56,960 nt of DNA from Campylobacterota bacterium. Its GTDB lineage: Bacteria > Campylobacterota > Campylobacteria > Campylobacterales > Sulfurimonadaceae. The DNA is taken from the NCBI GenBank assembly GCA_034661055.1, contig JAYEKO010000016.1:1-56960 (forward strand), written 5' to 3'. The position numbers and the translations under genes were made by a program. The notes beneath the pieces were generated by a model, which was given only the letters and a program-made list of their open reading frames with translations, was not told where the DNA came from and ran no database searches. Shown here in pieces: positions 52,688 through 56,960 of this stretch (positions are counted from its first letter, which is position 1; every line of letters starts with the position of its first letter).

Positions 52688-53554
52688 CTATTCCTCACTT
52701 TCTAATCTTTTTTTCATTACGGAGAGCTTGACATCCAAGTCAACCATATCTTCGTCTAATAGTCGCTCATACTGCTTATCTAGCTTCTCTATGCTACTAT
52801 CTATGGCATCAAGAAAGGACTCTCTCATCTCCTCACAACGCCCTCTCTTTTCTAGCTTAATAAATGTCTCACTCATTAAACGCAGTTCCCCCAAATAACT
52901 TACTAAATATTTACGGGCTCTATCGTAATCATCCGGTTCATTCTCAATATGTTTTACCATCTTAAGAAATGCCTCTGCCATATGCTGCATCGATGTTCTT
53001 ATTAACTGTGATTCAGACTCTGAGGCTACTCTTTGAATTACATGTATATCTTCATTTGCCTGAACGAGTAACTTCATAATTCGTTCTGCTGATTTTGCGT
53101 TATCGTACCCTGAAATCTTATCTTTACGTGGATCAAATCCATAATAGAGGTACCACCCTAGCAGCAGTGCTGCACCTAACATTAGTGATGAGAGTAAAGA
53201 GTAGCCACCCAACAGAGCCGAAAGTGATGATGATAAAGCCAGAAGAGAACCTGCTATAGTTTTCAAAGGGTAGCTTGGTGATTTAGCATGCTTGGAGTCT
53301 CTGTAGATTTTTTCTAACGCAATACCTTTTCTTAGCATCACAAAAGCCGCGACAAAGGAAGCAAAAATGAGTAGTGAAATAATAAAATAGAAGTTCTCAC
53401 CACGACCTAAAGCTTTAATAGCAAAAGAGAGATAGTTTATGCCCAAAAATAGAAAAAGAAATCCTGTTAACATTGGAGTAAACTGCTGGACCTTACTTTT
53501 TTGTTTATCAGGTTCATAACGTGAAGCACTCTGAAAATTATCGTGTGAAGACAT
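52688..53554 (-). CDS. XpaC-like (5-bromo-4-chloroindolyl phosphate hydrolysis family) membrane protein
   Basis: TM helices, then YGFDP, P.D..RARKYL..YL and D.VDLDVKLSV; directly upstream of the TelA gene. Confidence 0.82.
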   Translation of the reverse strand: MSSHDNFQSASRYEPDKQKSKVQQFTPMLTGFLFLFLGINYLSFAIKALGRGENFYFIISLLIFASFVAAFVMLRKGIALEKIYRDSKHAKSPSYPLKTIAGSLLALSSSLSALLGGYSLLSSLMLGAALLLGWYLYYGFDPRKDKISGYDNAKSAERIMKLLVQANEDIHVIQRVASESESQLIRTSMQHMAEAFLKMVKHIENEPDDYDRARKYLVSYLGELRLMSETFIKLEKRGRCEEMRESFLDAIDSSIEKLDKQYERLLDEDMVDLDVKLSVMKKRLESEE

Positions 53555-53636
53555 TTGTCACCCCCTCGCATGCGGTAATAAACAGTGCACTGTAGAGTAG
53601 CAAAAAACCGACACTGACACGAATCCATTTTGGCAT
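53538..53636 (-). CDS. Unannotated 32-aa putative lipopeptide
   Basis: Manual translation MPKWIRVSVGFLLLYSALFITACEGVTNVFTR with lipobox ITAC. AAGGTGG RBS and a gcTATAAT -10 at 53668-53663. Confidence 0.55.
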   Translation of the reverse strand: MPKWIRVSVGFLLLYSALFITACEGVTNVFTR

Positions 53637-53740
53637 TACAACCACCTTTTTTAAAGTGATTTATTATAGCTAAATAAAATAACACCGTTGCGAATAAGTA
53701 AAAAGGAGTTAGCTGTATGGCTTGAACTAAGCAGCAAAAT

Positions 53741-55288
53741 CTACTTAGTTCTAAATTCCTGAAGCATTAGGTTTAGTTTATGCGCTGTTGATTGAAGATC
53801 ATTGGAAAATGATGTCACTTTAACAATATCGTCTCCTGTCGCAGCTGAAATTACATGTATATTTTTAATGTCATCAATTATTTTCTTAATATCTCCAATA
53901 ACATCCTGCGTATGACTTGCCGTCTCTTTAGAATATTGTGTTGCAGAACCCATTGACTTGTTAGCATTTCCCATTCCCTCTTCAACAGTTTGTGAAAGTT
54001 CTGTTAGCTTGTTAACAAGTTTAATATTTTCATGCATAGCACCACTTGAGTCTGTGATCTCTTGGACAAGGACGCTTATCGTTGAATTAATTTCTACCAA
54101 TGTTTTTTGCGTACGTTCTGCCAACTTTCGTACTTCATCGGCAACCACTGCAAAACCACGACCATGCTCACCAGCACGAGCGGCTTCAATAGCAGCATTA
54201 AGTGCCAATAAATTGGTTTGATCTGCAATATCTGAAATAACCACAAGAACGTCTTTTACTTGTGCGGCATCAGATGAAAGTTGTGTGAGTCTATCGGCTA
54301 ATATCTGTTCTTGTTCTGAGCTATGGTGGATATGTTCTACCATAGTTGACATAAATCCAACAGAATCAGAAAGTACTAAAGAAGATTCATCAATTTTTTC
54401 TGTAACATGACTTGTATCATCAGAAACGACAGAAAGCGTAGAGTTAACATTGTCACTCGAAGTAAGTGTTTTTGAAACAATCTCTTGTTCTTTATTTGAG
54501 GTATTCAAAATTTGTTCAGAAATTACTTTTAAGTCATTAGCTATATCTTCATTTTTCTGTGCAGCATTTTTTGCTTGCGCAATGAGACTATTTAACATCT
54601 CTACTGCTTTATTGTAATTATCTGCCAGCTCTCCAAACTCATCTTTACGATTTAAATCTAAAGTGTGTGTAAAGTTACCTTCAGAAAAATATTTAATACT
54701 CTCAATAACTTTACTTAATGGTTTAATGACAAGCGAATTCATAGATATATTAATGGTCATAATACCCAATAAAACGACTATAAATGCAATAATAATAGAT
54801 GCAATAATAGAGGAAAAAATCTGCTCATCTTTTGGTGAGAGGTCCAGTCCTAGTACGACGGAACCTAAGTACTCCCCTCCATAACTTATCTTTTGTTTAT
54901 ATATCAGATAATGGCTAATCTGCGTGACACTATTAGGCTTAATTTTAGCTAAGACACTTTGAGCAACTTTTGACTCAGCACTTTTATCAATATATTCACC
55001 AATAAAAGGCTCATTTTCTTCATCAAACACTATGGTGAATGCAATATTTTTATCTTCTTTAACCTGTGTTGTTGTTATTTTCATACTATTCATATCACCT
55101 GTTCCTAGTGCAATACTGGAACCTAGTGCAAACAAATTAGTATTTTTAACTAAACGTATCTCAAACTGCTTCTGAATTTCATCTGACTGCTTATAAACAG
55201 ATGTGACAGTTAAAATAGTAGCCAACACAGTAACAAAAAGGCCTAAAAGAAGTGCAACCTTAACCTTGAGTGAATATGAATTTGACAT
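53741..55288 (-). CDS. Methyl-accepting chemotaxis protein with a small periplasmic sensor domain
   Basis: Two TM helices, HAMP (DEFGELA) and the MCP signature. Confidence 0.93.
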   Translation of the reverse strand: MSNSYSLKVKVALLLGLFVTVLATILTVTSVYKQSDEIQKQFEIRLVKNTNLFALGSSIALGTGDMNSMKITTTQVKEDKNIAFTIVFDEENEPFIGEYIDKSAESKVAQSVLAKIKPNSVTQISHYLIYKQKISYGGEYLGSVVLGLDLSPKDEQIFSSIIASIIIAFIVVLLGIMTINISMNSLVIKPLSKVIESIKYFSEGNFTHTLDLNRKDEFGELADNYNKAVEMLNSLIAQAKNAAQKNEDIANDLKVISEQILNTSNKEQEIVSKTLTSSDNVNSTLSVVSDDTSHVTEKIDESSLVLSDSVGFMSTMVEHIHHSSEQEQILADRLTQLSSDAAQVKDVLVVISDIADQTNLLALNAAIEAARAGEHGRGFAVVADEVRKLAERTQKTLVEINSTISVLVQEITDSSGAMHENIKLVNKLTELSQTVEEGMGNANKSMGSATQYSKETASHTQDVIGDIKKIIDDIKNIHVISAATGDDIVKVTSFSNDLQSTAHKLNLMLQEFRTK

Positions 55289-55298
55289 AAATTAATCC

Positions 55299-55706
55299 TT
55301 ATTGAACTGTATAAACAACCGTAACACCATCTGTAACAGCACTTTTTTCAACATATCCCACCATATTTTTGTTGGACTCTACAAGACCTACAACCTCACC
55401 TGCTCCAACTTTCTTTGGTGCTTCACCCTTACCTGTAAAAGTGAGTTTAACCCAGTGTTTATTCATTTTAGCAACACTTTTACCTGCAACACTTTTATAA
55501 AAAACAGCATATGCAGAATCGCTTGCTTGCTGATCAATAGGAATAGCTTTTAAACCATTTGAAAAGCTTTTTGCTTTTCCTAAAAACACATTCTTAACTT
55601 CTCCTGCACTCATATTACTTACACCACTACCAGAATTGACAATAACTACAATTTCCGCAAAAAGTGATGCTGTTAACAGTACAGCTATTACTAATAATTT
55701 TTTCAT
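55299..55706 (-). CDS. Small periplasmic PBP-like protein (phosphate-binding-protein-like half domain)
   Basis: Signal peptide, VVIVN, VFLGK, W.KLTFTGKG.AP and VGYV. Confidence 0.8.
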   Translation of the reverse strand: MKKLLVIAVLLTASLFAEIVVIVNSGSGVSNMSAGEVKNVFLGKAKSFSNGLKAIPIDQQASDSAYAVFYKSVAGKSVAKMNKHWVKLTFTGKGEAPKKVGAGEVVGLVESNKNMVGYVEKSAVTDGVTVVYTVQ

Positions 55707-55718
55707 TCTCTATTCCTC

Positions 55719-56840
55719 TTAAAAAATTGCACTTAAAGCAATTTTATATGTATTTATATCTTCATTAATCATCGTTAGCCCTGTATCACCCATCTGCTTT
55801 GTTGTACGATCGCTCATTGCGTACTCAACTTTAAGAGCAGAAAAAGCATTTAACTCATATCTTAGACCAAGTGTTACTGTATTAGAATCATTGTATGACA
55901 TCTGAAGTGCGCCATTAGTAGGTCCATCAAAGCCTGGATTTCCTGTGTTTAGCATCGGAATATCAGTTTCAACAGTTGCATACGTAACATGCGGTGTAAA
56001 ATCACCCATGCGGTATCCTAATGTTGCATAGTAACTTGTAATATCTGGCATTACCGTTTTATCAATCTCACGCATAACATATTCAGAAACTACAAGAACA
56101 TCAGCGTAGTCCATATTGAATCCTAAGCTGTAAAATTGACCTAACGACTTATCAATTTTAAGTTCTGGATTCATATTAGCATCTGCATTTGGCAATAGAG
56201 CTGAAATGTCAGTCTGATTATAACCAGCACGTACTTTAAAGTAATCGTTGCTTAACGCAAGCTCTACACCCATAGTAGCATCAAATTCCATATCAAAAGA
56301 GCCTACTGCTGAATCTACTGGTTTAATACTATTTCCATACCACCCATTAATTGAAACTTCATAGTCATCACCAACTGCCGTAGTATATGCAAGATTAGCT
56401 CCATCTATGTTGGTAATTGGAACTTGTGCGTACATCTCAAATGGTGTACGTACCCAAAGGTAAGCATAACCTACATCTAAATAATTAGAATAAAGAAAAA
56501 TAGCAGGACGAATTCGCCCAGCAAGCATTCGTACTTCATCATTAAAGTCATAAGAGATATAACCCCACTCTAAAGTTACTTCTTGTCCAATGTCGGTACT
56601 TCTAGCAACGACTTGAGCAACTGCACCCATATTATCAGTCATATTTGCATTAAACTGTAGGCCTAAAACGCTGTCAGGTCGAAATGAAAGTGAGTCATCA
56701 TAACCCATATAAGTCGATGTATCACTATCGTTCATGCCAGCTGCTACTGTTGCAAACCCACTTATTCTCATATCACCCGCAGATAAACTACTACTTACTA
56801 ATGCAGCAAGAGTAGATGAAACTAAAATTCTTTTTAACAT
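55719..56840 (-). CDS. Outer-membrane beta-barrel porin
   Basis: Signal peptide, ISGFAT, LEWGYISY, YSNYLDVGYAY.W and C-terminal SAIF. Confidence 0.82.
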   Translation of the reverse strand: MLKRILVSSTLAALVSSSLSAGDMRISGFATVAAGMNDSDTSTYMGYDDSLSFRPDSVLGLQFNANMTDNMGAVAQVVARSTDIGQEVTLEWGYISYDFNDEVRMLAGRIRPAIFLYSNYLDVGYAYLWVRTPFEMYAQVPITNIDGANLAYTTAVGDDYEVSINGWYGNSIKPVDSAVGSFDMEFDATMGVELALSNDYFKVRAGYNQTDISALLPNADANMNPELKIDKSLGQFYSLGFNMDYADVLVVSEYVMREIDKTVMPDITSYYATLGYRMGDFTPHVTYATVETDIPMLNTGNPGFDGPTNGALQMSYNDSNTVTLGLRYELNAFSALKVEYAMSDRTTKQMGDTGLTMINEDINTYKIALSAIF

Positions 56841-56960
56841 ATTTCATTGCCTCCAATTTTTTATAACTTTAACTATACCCCTGCTAATATTAAAAATGAC
56901 TTAATATCAGCTTTGAGGTTGCCAAGTTTTAACGCTAATGAAATGTGGAAACGCTTCAGG

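Larger units (their letters stand above)
1683..53859. repeat. Dispersed highly iterated palindrome TACATGTA (extended TTTACATGTAAA)
   Basis: Copies start at 1683, 1985, 2002, 4830, 10938, 11305, 11722, 14212, 16496, 23300, 23488, 24323, 24907, 31545, 32163, 35444, 43073, 47719, 47920, 53039 and 53852 (manual count). Confidence 0.85.

Noticed and set aside
52329..52898. 189-aa plus-strand ORF antisense to the telA/xpaC-like genes
   Set aside because: Ser-rich antisense shadow of Glu/Leu-rich genes.
53467..53685. 72-aa Cys-rich minus-strand ORF
   Set aside because: It starts upstream of the -10 box and has no SD. The 32-aa frame with SD and lipobox fits better.
1..56960. CRISPR array, rRNA, prophage, intact transposase or phase-variable poly-G tract
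   Set aside because: I saw no regularly spaced repeat-spacer units, rRNA signatures, phage genes, DDE/HUH catalytic ORFs or long G/C runs. The TACATGTA copies are dispersed and irregular.

Overview
AT-rich (roughly 35% GC by eye) core-chromosome window from a Campylobacterota bacterium. The Sulfurimonas/Sulfurovum-like assignment is an inference from the napAGHBF-L-D order, the fabZ-lpxA-clpX-mreBC and tatBC-queA syntenies, and the sigma54/sigma28 promoter styles. Left to right it holds: tRNA-Ser(GCT) with an HTH remnant; pyrF; an acetate uptake/activation operon (OprD porin, DUF485, actP, CBS-DUF294, exonuclease, acs) next to a two-component pair; a Crp/Fnr regulator with a double NarX/PilJ-type sensor and a stand-alone PAS protein; the nap operon; queH, fabZ, lpxA, clpX, mreBC and carB; UPF0323 with a GspS-like ligase; a nucleoside porin and deaminase; flgI-J-M-N-K; hemW; a double-NIT chemoreceptor; tatBC-queA; an XpaC-TelA-SPFH-Zn-ribbon-rhodanese-YceI operon led by an unannotated 32-codon lipopeptide ORF; and a porin-periplasmic protein-MCP triad. 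The strongest signal not explained by genes is the palindrome TACATGTA (often TTTACATGTAAA). I counted at least 21 copies by eye against about 2 expected. It occurs in all three reading frames of coding genes and as a doubled hairpin after acs, which is how DNA-uptake sequences or HIP1-like repeats behave. All calls come from visual motif recognition; no database searches were run.
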